A stretch of 64,000 bases of DNA, from NCBI GenBank assembly GCA_965112155.1, contig OZ218103.1; one strand, written 5' to 3'. The position numbers were made by a program, and so were the translations under genes. The notes below the pieces were generated by a model. That model was not told the DNA's origin, ran no database searches, and worked only from the letters and a program-made list of their open reading frames with translations. Origin of the DNA: Podarcis liolepis. Lineage: Eukaryota. Each line of letters starts with the position of its first letter. Positions within the stretch are counted from its first letter, which is position 1. Positions 24,261-52,915 of this stretch are shown here, piece after piece.

Positions 24261-25154
24261 CTAAAGCAAAGTAGGCCAGAATGCTTAGTGTCTGGGATTC
24301 CAAAGCTCAACCACCTATTTTAAAAAATAGAAACATACAGTAAGATCATAGCACATTTGGTGACAAGTACAATGTTGCATTACTTATCTAGAAACTACAA
24401 TATGACTAACATACAATTGTTTTCCTCATGAAGCAGTTTCTTTTTTAAAGTTAAACTACATGAATTTGACTACACCATAAAATGACAGAAGAACAGGTTT
24501 TACATACCAACAAGACTACTCAAGTTACATGCTGGAATTTATATTTAAAAAATAACAAAACAAAAACAATCCCCTTTGCTCCATGAGAAGCAACCTTTGA
24601 CAAATAGCATCCCTTAAAAGAAAAACCAAAATGGATTTCAAGAATGTAGTGTTCATATGCGGGATGTACAGAAGGAGTGCACAGTCCTGGCATACCTCAA
24701 TACAAAATGAAGCTATCTACTCATTGTTACACGTATTTGTAAAATGAGTCCATACACAGTGATTAATGCTATTATTCTCCTTTGCACATTAGTTCTAGAT
24801 GGGGTTTTCCCATATTTAAGAACTGCAACTGTTACTGTCTCTCAAAAGGAAATGAGGTCTATATAAAATGCAACCACTTTGCTTTGAATAAACTACAATG
24901 CTTTATCTTGAAGCAAATAAGGAAAACACTTTTAAAAAATCGGAAATTTAAAAGCACATCGAGAGTATTAGTGAGGAACCCCACTTTTTTTGGGGGGGGG
25001 AGAGAACAAAATGATCCAAACTTTCAGATTGTGAGGTGGGTAAAGCAAGTGAAAATTGTGAATGTGGAGTTTCAGAGGGCCAGGGCTAGTTATGGCCAAT
25101 GCATATTAGATATATGTATGTGAATTTATTTTCCATATATCTATATACATACAG

Positions 25155-25166
25155 CACACACACACA

Positions 25167-25209
<43 letters not shown>
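25155..25209. repeat. (CA)~27 microsatellite with one interruption
   Basis: Read directly. Confidence 0.97.
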
Positions 25210-25212
<3 letters not shown>

Positions 25213-28200
25213 GCAGACCAGTACAATCCAATGGTGCTGTAAACTGGCAAAAATTAACAGGTTGAGTTAAATTTCTTTGTAGTCAGTCACTGCAAATACC
25301 GAACACTCTACACTCCAAGAAAGACAACACACAGCTGGCTGGCATACAAGGGTGCAATACCACTGAACATACTAGGCCTATGATGGGGGAGGAGAAAGCA
25401 TGTTGACCCTTGAAAATGTCTTTAAATAGCTTTTCTTTACACACTGTAAATGCCTGTCTGAAAATAAAAAAGTGTCCTGAGGGGCTGATTGGAGAAAAGT
25501 GCAAGGCTCTCAATGGTTATAGGCTCTCAATGGATACTAAGCAGTGTGAAACAGAATAAACTTTAACTATGAGCCATTGCTATATGCAATACTCAACCTC
25601 TGTGAGCAATAAGACAGGAGTAAGGGATTTTGCTGAAGAATAGTGTATAGTATAAAGGTCTGCATTAAAATTATGGAGCCAGCAAAAATGCTAGTGCTTG
25701 AAACCTAGAAAAGTTAGACTGATTTGCTAAACTTCCACTATTTGTTGTTCAGTCAAAACATACTCCAGCCAAGCAAAGCTCTTAGCTCAGGGCTGAGAGT
25801 AGATAGGATGTTGAGAGATCCTGTGTATTATTTATAGCCCAATCATACCAGAAGAATAGTGCTTGAGGGACAGTGGGTTTTTAACTCTTCTCCCTGCTGA
25901 AAATAAATCATCCCTCATATTTAATATCTGCCCCAAGGGGCTGGGGAGAAAACACAGGCAGCACCCAGTTGTATGTGTTTCCCATAACACACCAAATAGC
26001 TTCAGAATGGTGATTTAGCTCATGAAGATGGCACAGGGGGAAAAGCTTCAACCACCACACCCAGAGCTATCTTGGAGTGTAGAAACATTGCAACTGTTTG
26101 TACAATTTGGCTTAATAACAGCATTTAGCTTTTAGGCAACTGCCATCTTATGTTAAAGTCACCCTGTAATCCTTAGAGTCAGAGTGGGCTCCATTTACCC
26201 CTTCCATGCATGAGCTTTTGGTTGATGGCAAACAGCTGAAGCAAAATGCCTCTTCCCACATCTCTTTACTGGGGGGTGGGGTGAGGTGTAAGAGCAGGTT
26301 GTGGGCTTCAGGGAAAAGAATGTGGGGTGCAGTGTCTCATGGACAGGAAGGAGAGGCCAGGGTTGGTCAACACCTCTACAGCTAGCAAGGAGAAAGAACT
26401 ACTAGGGCAGGTTAGGATGGAAAGCACTGCCTTGGTTAGTGCAAGTGTGTGGAGTCAATGAAAGGTATTGCCTCCATTGCCTGTGTGACTTCCCCTGTCA
26501 ACTTGGATGAAGCAAGGGTGCTGTGGTGACAGGGAATAGCTCTCCTGACTTAAGGGGAGTCATGAGACTGTGGTGCAGTGCACATCCTCACATCCCTGAG
26601 TCTCCTAAGCAGGCAGGGAAGAGTTGAGTGGTGAGGTGTCACTGAGAAAGAGAAGTACAGCAGTTGGAGACTGGTTATGGGTCAGCTGCCTGGGTATGGG
26701 TCCCAAGAAGTACCTGACCATGTCCACTGCTTCTGCCAGCCCTTGGACACATCCTTATTCCATTTCTTTTAAGATGTGCTTCCTATCTCAAAATGCCTTA
26801 AAACACCTAAATTCTGGAAAATTGCCATTTTCAGGAAATAAAGTAATTCTTATTATGGGGGGGGGGGAACAGAGTTCATGTCTAAAAGTACAATTGCTGC
26901 ATATCAGAAAATGGAGGTTTCAATAAGTTAAAACTCCAAGTCTGGCTGCTTTTAAGTGCAAGTATTTTAAAGGGTGAAACAAACTGGATGTAAATCTTTA
27001 CTTCATGAGCATACTGAAACTTTTCAAGTCATGAAGTATATATTTATGAATTCACATTAAAAAGATAAAAATGGGTAGAAGAAAAACCTCGAGCATACAT
27101 TATGCCCAGATCTGCATTTATACTCTGTCATCTCACAAAAATTGTCTTACATCTGCATACACACAATACATGTTACCACTTCAGATTTTTATTCCCTGTT
27201 AGTGTGAATTAAACCAAAACCAAAAAACTACACATTCAAACAAATATTGTTCAAGTACCAAAGAGGGGGCTTTTGTAGACTTGGAAATATGATAGCCAAA
27301 CAGGAAAATTGCTATGTGAAGAGAACCCATTAAGTCATTGTACATGTTGTCATGGCTTTCCAAGTGACAACATATTTACAGAACCAAACCACCTCAAGCC
27401 CTTAATATGTGTCCTACATGTGTCCAGGTTGGCTTCTACAGTCTATTGTGTGCCTGATCTTAAGAAAGACTGAAGAATTGCTGCTATCCCTATTCCTGAG
27501 CTTGTGCAGACCGGGGGTTTGGATGGGGGGGGGGAGCGAATATATGAGAACTGTGCTTATGTATGGGTAAACCAAAAACCTACAGTTATGGGGTGGGGGG
27601 AGGAAGAGTACTGGAATTAACGAGATTATGCATACTAATTTGTAAGTGATTTCAGTGGCTGGAGGTAGATATAAACTTAAATTTGGGTTGTATGATTGTT
27701 TTATGTTGCTTGTGTTGGCTGATCCCCTGCTCCTTTTCATTTTAGGCCATGATCCTAAGAATTGCATCACCAGCTCTACATTTTAACTACAGGAGCTTTT
27801 CAAAGTTTGTATCCGGCTAACAACACCACACAGCGCATCAGGTATAATTTCTGAACTCTCCCAAGTTTTAAAAGTGACTTGTTGAGCAAAGAACTGTTGT
27901 TTAGTGAAAGGTAATCAGAGCTCCAATGTGCACAAAAAATCAATCTAGCGCACAGACTAGAAAAGTAACCCAGTGAGGCTGGATTTATTCCTACATTCAT
28001 AAGTAGGATATTCAAGATACTGCTTTGTACAACATAGGTACAGAGGAAAAACTATGTTGTAACCTCCTTATGAATTCTTCCCAAAATTTCTCCTTAACAG
28101 TGCTGTATTTGTTCTTATGATATGTGACTGGCAAAGAAATTAGCCTCAGAAGTACTAGCAGTTCAATTACTTTTCAATCTTGGCTGATCTATTGTGCACT

Positions 28201-28988
28201 GCAGCTACTGCAACAGCTACAGAAAAATATGCAGTTTTCTACTTGTGAGAAAGGAAAATACTGAATCCTCCCCACTAAAGCACTTCAGATAAGCTGCATA
28301 TTAAGAGCCTTTCTCCCCAACCAGTTTACTGCTTAACAAAAAACATTTACATAGTTGGGTCATTGGAATCAGTATAACATCTAGCAGATAAAAAGAAAGT
28401 TCTAAAAAAATGTTCTACTAAAATAAGCCTAGCTCATTGGCTTAAAAAACCCCACACATTCAGCTCTTCTCACCTTCCATTTTGCCATTCTCTGGTGCAT
28501 TTGTAGAAAGACAGCAAGTTGTGCTAGGGGGCTGATCTTAACAAAGGTGAACTCTGAGAATTTGGAATGCTGCCACTTGAGGTCAGCTAACTGGTGTGAA
28601 AAATTAGGCATGAGAACATTAAATCAAGAAATGTTGATGGAAGCTGAATGGTGGTAGAAGAACATTTCTTCTACAAACTTTCATTTGTAAACTGCAAAAT
28701 GATTTTTCACTTGCAAAGTCCATCCAAAAATGTTCAATGTGAGAGGCATTGCAAGCATGTGAACACCAGTTGGCTGTTATTTATAAGCCAAAAGGAAGCC
28801 ATGTATATATGTTTACTTTCCTCAAAATTCTAATCTAAATGTGTCAGAATGTGCCAGTTTAAAGGGAAGTAAATCAAGGCACCTTGTGAGATGAAGTACA
28901 CATAAAGTTAATTGTAAATTTTTAAAAAATGAACCTAAAGGAAGCATATGAATTTACTGATACTCTGAATACAGTAACAGAAGCCAAA

Positions 28989-29115
28989 GGATTGTATCCC
29001 CAGGGCCATGTTAGTCCTACTTAGGAGTAGACCCATTGAAGTCAATGGACATGACAAACTTGGGTTCATTTAATTTCAGTGGGTCTTTTTGAGAGGGACT
29101 AGCACTGGACTCAGT
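28989..29115. mobile_element. Palindromic MITE-like element within the presumed 3' UTR
   Basis: Arms tagtcctact...agacccattgaagtcaatggac and gttcatttaatttcagtgggtct...agggactag. Confidence 0.65.
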
Positions 29116-31425
29116 GACTTCATAGGGGCAAACCCAAATGAAGTTAATGCAAAACAGTGGAGGCTGTGTGGTATGGCCTAAATTGCCAATTAGCTCATTG
29201 TTTGGTTATAACATTAAAATGTGAAGATTTATAATTGGTAGTTGTGGGAAAACATTCCACTGATTCTGAGTAAGTCAGAACAAGCCTCTATGGTCTAGGC
29301 TAGATTTAATGACAGAGTAGTATTAAGCAATGTGCAGGTACCAAATTAGAATGTGCAAGCTGGTTAGGCTTCCAGAGGAGGTATAAAGTCTCAACCTGAT
29401 GACTCTGAAAAGTGGCAAAATCCAGTGCCACGCTTAATAAAAATAGCATATTGCTGCTGGCTAAAGAGGATGTGGGGGTGGACAGGCCTGGGAAGAGAGG
29501 GACTGAAGAGATGGTGGCACATTAAGTTATTAACTATCGTCTCACAAATTTAAAGACTACAGGATGGGGTTTTTTTTTACAACCATGGTTCCATTTTTAG
29601 AAGATCATGTTCCAGCTGGTTAGCCAGCACTTAGCTTAAGTGGCAGTAGATTAGTGCAAAACAGAAGTGCTTTTGGGACATGTCAAGCAATCTAGTTTAG
29701 CCCCTCCAGTTGCTGATTAGTGCTCAAATTTTATCATTTTCCTGTTCAGCAATTTCATATTCTGCATAATACTTCTAAGCTCCCTTATAGTGCATTCTGC
29801 TTTGTGTAAACATTAGAATCTAACAGTCTGGGGGTTCAAGGTGGCACTGAAGGTAGGTTGGAGCCAGAAAAGATCCAAATGTCCCAACTCCCTGGCATGC
29901 ACTTCAAATACTACACAGAAAAAGGAAAGACTTCATGCTGAAACTACCGATTTGTCCTTGTTGTGTAAGCAAGTGTTCTAGCTCAAATATAATCTTTAGA
30001 AATTACAATAAATCAACAAGGGCATACATGTAGTGACAAAAAAAAGGTAAATACAGCATTGTCAGAGCACAAATTCTCACAGTCTAGTGGATCCAGTTCT
30101 CACTATTTGCTATAATTTCGTTATTTGATGTTACATATAATCCAGATGAATCTGATGGCAGATGACCAAGCAAAGCTGTTTACATACTGATAGATTCTAC
30201 CACTTTATATCTTTACTAGTCCCATTGAATTCAGCTACCCAAATATTTGTCTTATGGTAAGCCAGCAATGAATTCTAAGGTTATACAACCTGTACAATGG
30301 ATTTCGTGATTTAGGGTGCAATCCAAATGCATTATAAACACAGTTTTGTAGCCAGTTTCAACAGTATATAGACTGCACCCATAGGGGTTTTTTGTTTTTT
30401 TGTTTTTTGGTTTAGCAAGCCATTGAGAAGCAATCCATTGCACTTCTAAAGTTTTTTTTTAAAAAACAACAACAACAAATGTTTTTAAAACAGAAAATTC
30501 ATTGTTTAGCATCTTATAAACATGCCAGGTGCCAGCTTCATTCTGCTTAACATTCCAAAGCTTAGTATTTTTTTAAAACAAAATCTGACATCCTTGGAAG
30601 AAAGGAACCACATTTTGAAAATAATCAAGGGGGAAGTGGTGCAGTTACATCAGGTCAGGTTAGTTTTCAAAACAACAGAAGACTTTTTAGCTTTTATAGT
30701 TCTCTCTTCAAGTTTTGGCAAGTGTGATTGCAAATGCAATCTACCCACCCCCCCAAATCCAGCAATGAAAGTAGTTTTGGTGGGTTCAATTTGGTTTCTT
30801 TTATTTGAAGACCGGTAAGTACTATTGAAACCAATGTTTTGCTATGTTGGTAAAATATAAAGCAATATTTCCTTGAGGATATTCTTTTAAATAAGAACCT
30901 GAAACTCTCCCCATAATTCCTTTGGTCTCCTCTCACCAAATACCATGCTACATCAAGATGAGCCCTCATGTGTAAGTTTGTCTGACTTGCAGCCAAGCTG
31001 CTAAAATTAACAGGGAAGTTTCTGGAGTAGAGACTTTCCCTACATTTTCCTGGAGCTTAAGACTGAAAGACATTACTAATACCTCAGAAAAACAAAATCC
31101 AAGTAGAAGTTCCGCTGATGGTGCCTGGCAAAAGTTTTGCTTTTAGTTCTTTCTTTATGCATCTTTAAAGAGATAACTTGTTCCTTATAGGGAAAATGAG
31201 AGAGTCTCCTTATATAAAAACACAGCTGATCTCCAGGTAGCACCAGGGCACCAACCCCAAAGCTATTATTTTGTTGCTGCTAGGTCTCCAATTCACATTC
31301 ATCAAATCATTTCTTGTGCAAAACAAGCAGTCTTAAGGAGAAAGAATGCCCTCTGGGTTTTAGTAAAAACTGTAGAAAAGAAATCCGGGAACCAACACTT
31401 CACCTATACTCCACCCTCCTAGAAT

Positions 31426-47411
<15,986 letters not shown>

Positions 47412-49344
47412 CTGGAAGAGAGATTTCGTTGGTTTACTTTTTTGGCTTTATAACGATATCTCAAAATATTAAATAAGGGATTCAACCAGGAAATAATATA
47501 TTTTAGGTAAAGCATTCTATGGTACTAAAGACCTGTGAGAACTGAAGAGAAAGAAAAGGAAAGGGACAAAAATCCCTTTTCATCTGAGATTGTGGTACTA
47601 AAACAGAAAATTCAGTTTTAAAAAATGTCTGGTTTAAATGAAATATGATTTGGCAAGGAATAATCAATTACTCAAAACATTTTTCTATTTACTTCTACAA
47701 TGCCTACCACACTAAAGTAGTTAAGATGATTCACTGACTTCTGTTTCAAAGGCTACTTTTAAGTGCCCTAAGTACAGTAGTTCACTGTTCCTGCACATGC
47801 TGAATCAAGCTAATTTAAATTATACTTTAACCTAGTCATTCAAACTCTGAGTTGCTGATCAAGCATCAGATTCAGTTGGCAGCATACAAAACAGCCAGAT
47901 TCCAGGACAGATTTTTTTTTTTTTGCTATATCCTCCTCAAATTGTGCACGTTCACATTTCTCACATCGATAGCCCACCTTTCTTCCATCATGGAACCACA
48001 AGGAGCCAGTGCCCAATGCCAGACCGATTACAGAGTTTTTGGTTTTGTTTGCTTATGTGGGTTGGACGCCATAAAATTTAAACCACACCTAGAACAGATT
48101 TTGGAACTTTTATTTTTTTTTAAAGCATGAAAAAAGTTATGGATTGGGCCATCTATTGGGCACCTGTAGGACACTGGTCTTGCAGAAGGCACTGTAAGTT
48201 TGGGCACCAGTCACAGTTCTGCCTTCAGTGACAATACAATACTTGAGCCCAGAACCATGAGAGCGTGGGGCTGATGGAAAGTAACACATTTTGTTGCTTG
48301 GCAACAATTCTGAAGTTGACTGTGAAGTGCTTCGGGAACACATCCTACTTTTTTCAAACTACAGCAACGTACTACCATGTTCTGCATCCAGAGAAGACTG
48401 GCCCTCCAAAATATATAAGGAGAATAGTACATAATCCAAATTCCAGCCCATGACCCTTGACTGGCCATGCTCTAATCTATTTTACTGAAAATTAGCCTAA
48501 GGCTATGCTTGCAAAGACCAGGGCATTTTTGGATTGGCTTTATATGTCTGTGTAGCCACCCTGGCAATTTATGTTGCACTGCAGTTCCATGCCATAAAAG
48601 CCACTGGACTACTGACAAAGTGTCAGGACTTCAATTTGTGTCAAAGTACTATGATGTACCAAATATTGTTTCTTCATTTGTAAAAAAGTATCAATCCACA
48701 TTTTTTCTAACATACTGTTCAGTTTTCTAAAGGTCTATTCTTTCTCAGCACTGTGGAAAAAAAGTGTGCAGGAAGAATATTTTAATGAATTATCTACTGG
48801 ACTTAGCAACATCCTCAAATTAAAACATTGCCTGTTACTACACTACAGACTTGAGACTGCAAGTGAAAAAAGTATCAATATTAAGAATTATTCTTCAAGT
48901 TTACTTGAGATTTTTTAAAGAACATCAGAGATATAAGATTGCATCAACAAAAGAATAACAGACTGCTTCACACACATATATATAAAGAACATATACCACA
49001 TGCATATAATTATGAATGAAGGTGCTATATATGCACATCTTGCTTGAAGAGTTTGCACATATGTGTTCTCCTGAGAGGCTAGAGCAAATCTACAAATCCC
49101 TGTGTCTGAAACTGCTGCTCTTACCCTGGTGGAGAACCTATGCTGGGAGCTACATGTAGAGACTAAAACCTTTTAATTCTCTTGGACCTATAAGCCGTTT
49201 TTGATAATCAAGAAAGATGGTATGGATGTTATCGTCCACCAAGGATGCATGATAGGAGGATTGCATCTTGGTTCCACTCTTGGTTGAGTAGACCTCAGAA
49301 GGTAGTGCTTGGGTCAGGACCCCTGCCTTTTAGTTGTGCTAGGG

Positions 49345-49482
49345 CAGGGCTGGCCAATATGGTGTCCTCCAGATGCAGTTGAACAGCAGATTGCATCATC
49401 CCTGATCCCTGGACCTGCTGGCTGGGGCTGATTGTGGTTGTAGTCTAATAACATCTAAAGGACACCACATTGGCTAGACCTA
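49345..49482. mobile_element. hAT-type MITE with perfect 8-bp TSD
   Basis: TSD tgctaggg at 49337-49344 and 49483-49490; same family as 20332. Confidence 0.8.
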
Positions 49483-50361
49483 TGCTAGGGAGTGCTGTAT
49501 GGTTTAGCCTTATTCTCCATACCCTTTAAATATATATTCAGAGCTACTGGAGATTTTATCAAAGGATTTGGAGTTGAGCTTATCAGTATCCTTTTCCAGA
49601 AAAACAAGGTGAGCTGGTTGAGTGGAATCCTGGCATCTGTAATGGACTGAATAATGATTAATAAACTGAAGCCAAATCTAGACAAGACAGATGTTGAGAA
49701 TGGGAGGTATGACTGATCTAGAAGCTGTGACTTTCCTGTGCTGGACAGTGGTCCTATGTGGGTGGGTGTGTCTCCCCAGCCAGGGCTTAGAAGGCACCCT
49801 AAGCCAGCACAAGATTGTTAAACACCAAGGGCCAAAGCTTACTCTCTCAGTGCTATTCTTTGGGCAAAACCCTGCAGATAGTAAGGAAGCCACCTTAATA
49901 AGAGTTCTAGCAAAAGCCAGAACATTCAACATATAGCAATCAGCCAACCAGTACACAAAGAAAGAAAACTACATAGGGGAAGGCAGAGGAAAGGAGGGGA
50001 TAGAGAAAAGATAATGAGAGAAGGTAAATCTCAGGAAGCCTACTCTACCTCTCATCTGGGGTACTATAACCCCAATACTACCTCTCATTTAGGGGTGCTG
50101 ACACCCACTAGATTGACTTATTCTGACAATACATGGGGGGAACCATTCATATAGAGGGGGGGAGACAGAGTCATCCAACAGTCAGCACCAAATACAATCA
50201 GCACTCTAACAGAGCACCCCTGAATCATGCAGTTCTACCCTGAGGGACCAGTTCAGTTTTAGAGTTGTTAAATTTGTCAGTGAGATTTAGTTTTTGTTAC
50301 ACATAGGTCAGCTTGCAAATATTTATTTATTCACTATTAAAAGAATTTATATATTGCTTTT

Positions 50362-50963
50362 CAGACTGTCTCGCCGGAGTGGTGCATGCTTTGGTTATCT
50401 CCCACTTGGACTACTGCAATGTGCTCTACGTGGGGCTACCTTTGAAGGTGACCCGGAAACTACAACTAATCCAGAACGAGGCAGCTAGATTGATGACTGG
50501 GGGCAGCCGCTAAGACCACATAACACCAATCTTGAAAGACCTACATTGGCTCCCAGTACGTTTCCGAGCACAATTCAAAGTGTTGGTGTTGACCTTTAAA
50601 GCCCTAAACGGCCTCGGCCCAGTATACCTGAAGGAGCGTCTCAACCCCCCATCGTTCTGCCTGGAGGCTGAGGTCCAGCGCCACGGGCCTTCTGGCAGTT
50701 CCCTACTGCGAGAAGCAAAGCTACAGGAAACCAGGCAGAAGGCCTTCTCGGTAGTGGTGCCCGCCCTGTGGAACGCCCTCCCATCAGATGTCAAAGAGAT
50801 AAACAACTACCTGACATTTAGAAGACATCTGAAGGCAGCCCTGTTCAGGGAAGTTTTTAATGTGTGACATTTTAATATATTTTTAATCTTTGTTGGAAGC
50901 CTCCCAGAATGGCTGGGGAGGTCCAGCCAGATGGGCGGGGTACAAATTAATAAATAATAATAA
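50362..50963 (+). mobile_element. L2-clade LINE, 5'-truncated, relatively young
   Basis: ORF2 C-terminal motifs VHALVISHLDYCN and LHWLPVRFRAQFKVLVLTFKALNGLGP, with an in-frame stop; 3' tail ccagccagatgggcggggt followed by (TAA)n. Confidence 0.92.
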
Positions 50964-52619
50964 TTCATTTCAAGAATAACAAAAGTGGACCCTCCATTGC
51001 ACCTCAGGACAGAATGCCAGCATAAGAGCTGGAGGGCAGGCTGCCATTTCCTGCCCCTGCTGCCTGGGGTTAAGTATTTCGTTCTGCCTGAGGATGAGAC
51101 TGGCTGTGTACGGCTCATCCCCTTCACATGTTTGAGAGTCCTTCCCGAGTTCCTGGCAGCTTGTGAATAACTCAGGAGTGGACCTGTGTGCAGCTGGGCA
51201 TTTTCAGAAGGCCAGGTACACCTGCCAACAGTTAATTTGAACACACACATATGGAGAGGAGAGTGCTAGACCTTTTGGAGGATCAATCCATGTTGCTCTT
51301 GCAATGCTGCATTTCCGCTAGATGCACAAGCTGAACAGAAGGCAACCTAAGGCTTTCTGCTCCACTTTACAGAGCACCTAGCAACTCAGGCTTATTTGTG
51401 CAGTTTATGCACACCCAGAAACTTGAATAAGATATTTGTGTACAAGCCTGATGTGCTAAGTACTCCATGTGGAAGAATGGGAAGATGGCCTAAATGACAA
51501 GCAGCACACAAATAAGGGTTTAGTTCAGTCAATCTCCCTTACTCTACACTGTTTTACTTGGACATTCTGTGACACAAGTTATTTCTTAATTTAAAATATT
51601 TATATCTTACCTTTCTACAATTGCTTAAGGCCACTGACAACTTCAGTTTAAAACCATTTCATTCAAAGTGAACATCAAAACCAAATCAAATTCCTCCCCC
51701 CATCTAATATTCCCAAACAAATGGGACTTGCATCTAAAGGAAAGGAAGGAAGAAAAATCATATGTGGTGGTGGTGTGTTCATTCATTTCACAAAGCTGGT
51801 GCAGCCCAAATAACACTCTGCTTACCATTAACAAATAACCTCCCTGGTAGGAGAGCAACAGGGAAGTTCTCAATGAAGATCTTAAAAAGTTAATGGGCTC
51901 TAATGTGGAGTGGTCTTTTTCAAGTCCAATTGCTGGAGGGTGAGCTTGAGGAGTTTGCAGCTGGGGAAGACAGAGTTAATTTTTCCCTTTCCAGGTGCAC
52001 CCTTTAGGAAAATCACCCATGCAACAATTAGGCAGTTAACCCTTCTTTCTCCAGCTGCAACCAATAACGGCAAATACATTTATAAATACATAAATTCAAA
52101 AATCAGCATATGAAATTGGGCCAAGAACTTCAACAGCAGCAGTGCAACTGGCAAAATAGAGTCAATTATGTTTCCATCTGCCATCCCCCACAAACAGGCA
52201 GGCATATGACATTCTGCACTAACTGCAGTACAGTATTTGAATAGTCTTCAGCAACCCCACTTATGGCACACAGCAGTAGTGAATCCTGGAAATTACAAAG
52301 GTATAGATAACTTGGTGCAAGTTCTCTACCTCCACTAAAAAAGCATAACAGCAGCATATCAGATGCAACTGGGGGTGGTTGGAAAGGACACTGCTTTTCC
52401 ATGGGAAGGAATTGATTCAAGATGCATACCTCCTCCAATAAAGCAACAAATAATACTACTGATAATAGGTACACTTCACACTCTCAGAGCCTCAAGCCTC
52501 CCAGTCAACATAATCTCCACCTTGTCTTGATTCAACTTTTGCTTGTTAACTTGTCATCTACCTTAAGAGAGCTTCCACCAACCAATTCAGAGAAGTTGCT
52601 TAAAGAAAAATAAAGCTTG

Positions 52620-52915
52620 ATGTAGTGACAGCAGTATATTGATTATACCTAACCACAAAGTTCTGCATTATCTCTCCTGGTGGCTTTATAGATATATTAA
52701 GTAATATAGGTGATAAAACTGATGCCAATGGAACCCACTATTACATCTCCCAGAGGATGGGCTGGCTTCTATACTAACCACCATCTGGGATTGTTCTAAC
52801 AAAATGACACAGAGTGAAATCAGTGAGATGCCAACATCTACTAGATGTTCCAGATGATGCAGTAAGATATTATGGTCCACAATAACAAATGCTGCTGACA
52901 ATCAGAAGGGAAGCA
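52620..52915 (-). mobile_element. Old L2/CR1-type reverse transcriptase remnant
   Basis: LSAAFVIVDHNILLHHLE resembles the DLSAAFDTxDHxILL RT motif. Confidence 0.55.

Larger units (their letters stand above)
24070..31425 (-). other. PIK3R3: Probable long (~7 kb) 3' UTR of PIK3R3; distal end inferred
   Basis: Follows the stop codon, lacks young transposons, is U-rich on the minus strand, carries miRNA seed matches and ends at an AATAAA cluster. Confidence 0.55.

Noticed and set aside
50313-50867. ORFs encoding protein-like sequence (LHWLPVRFRAQFK...)
   Set aside because: C-terminal remnant of L2 LINE ORF2, 5'-truncated with an internal stop; not a host gene.
51700-52600. Possible decayed DIRS/LTR retroelement coding remnant
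   Set aside because: Hints of RNase H-like words fall on conflicting strands; I could not support a call without a profile search.
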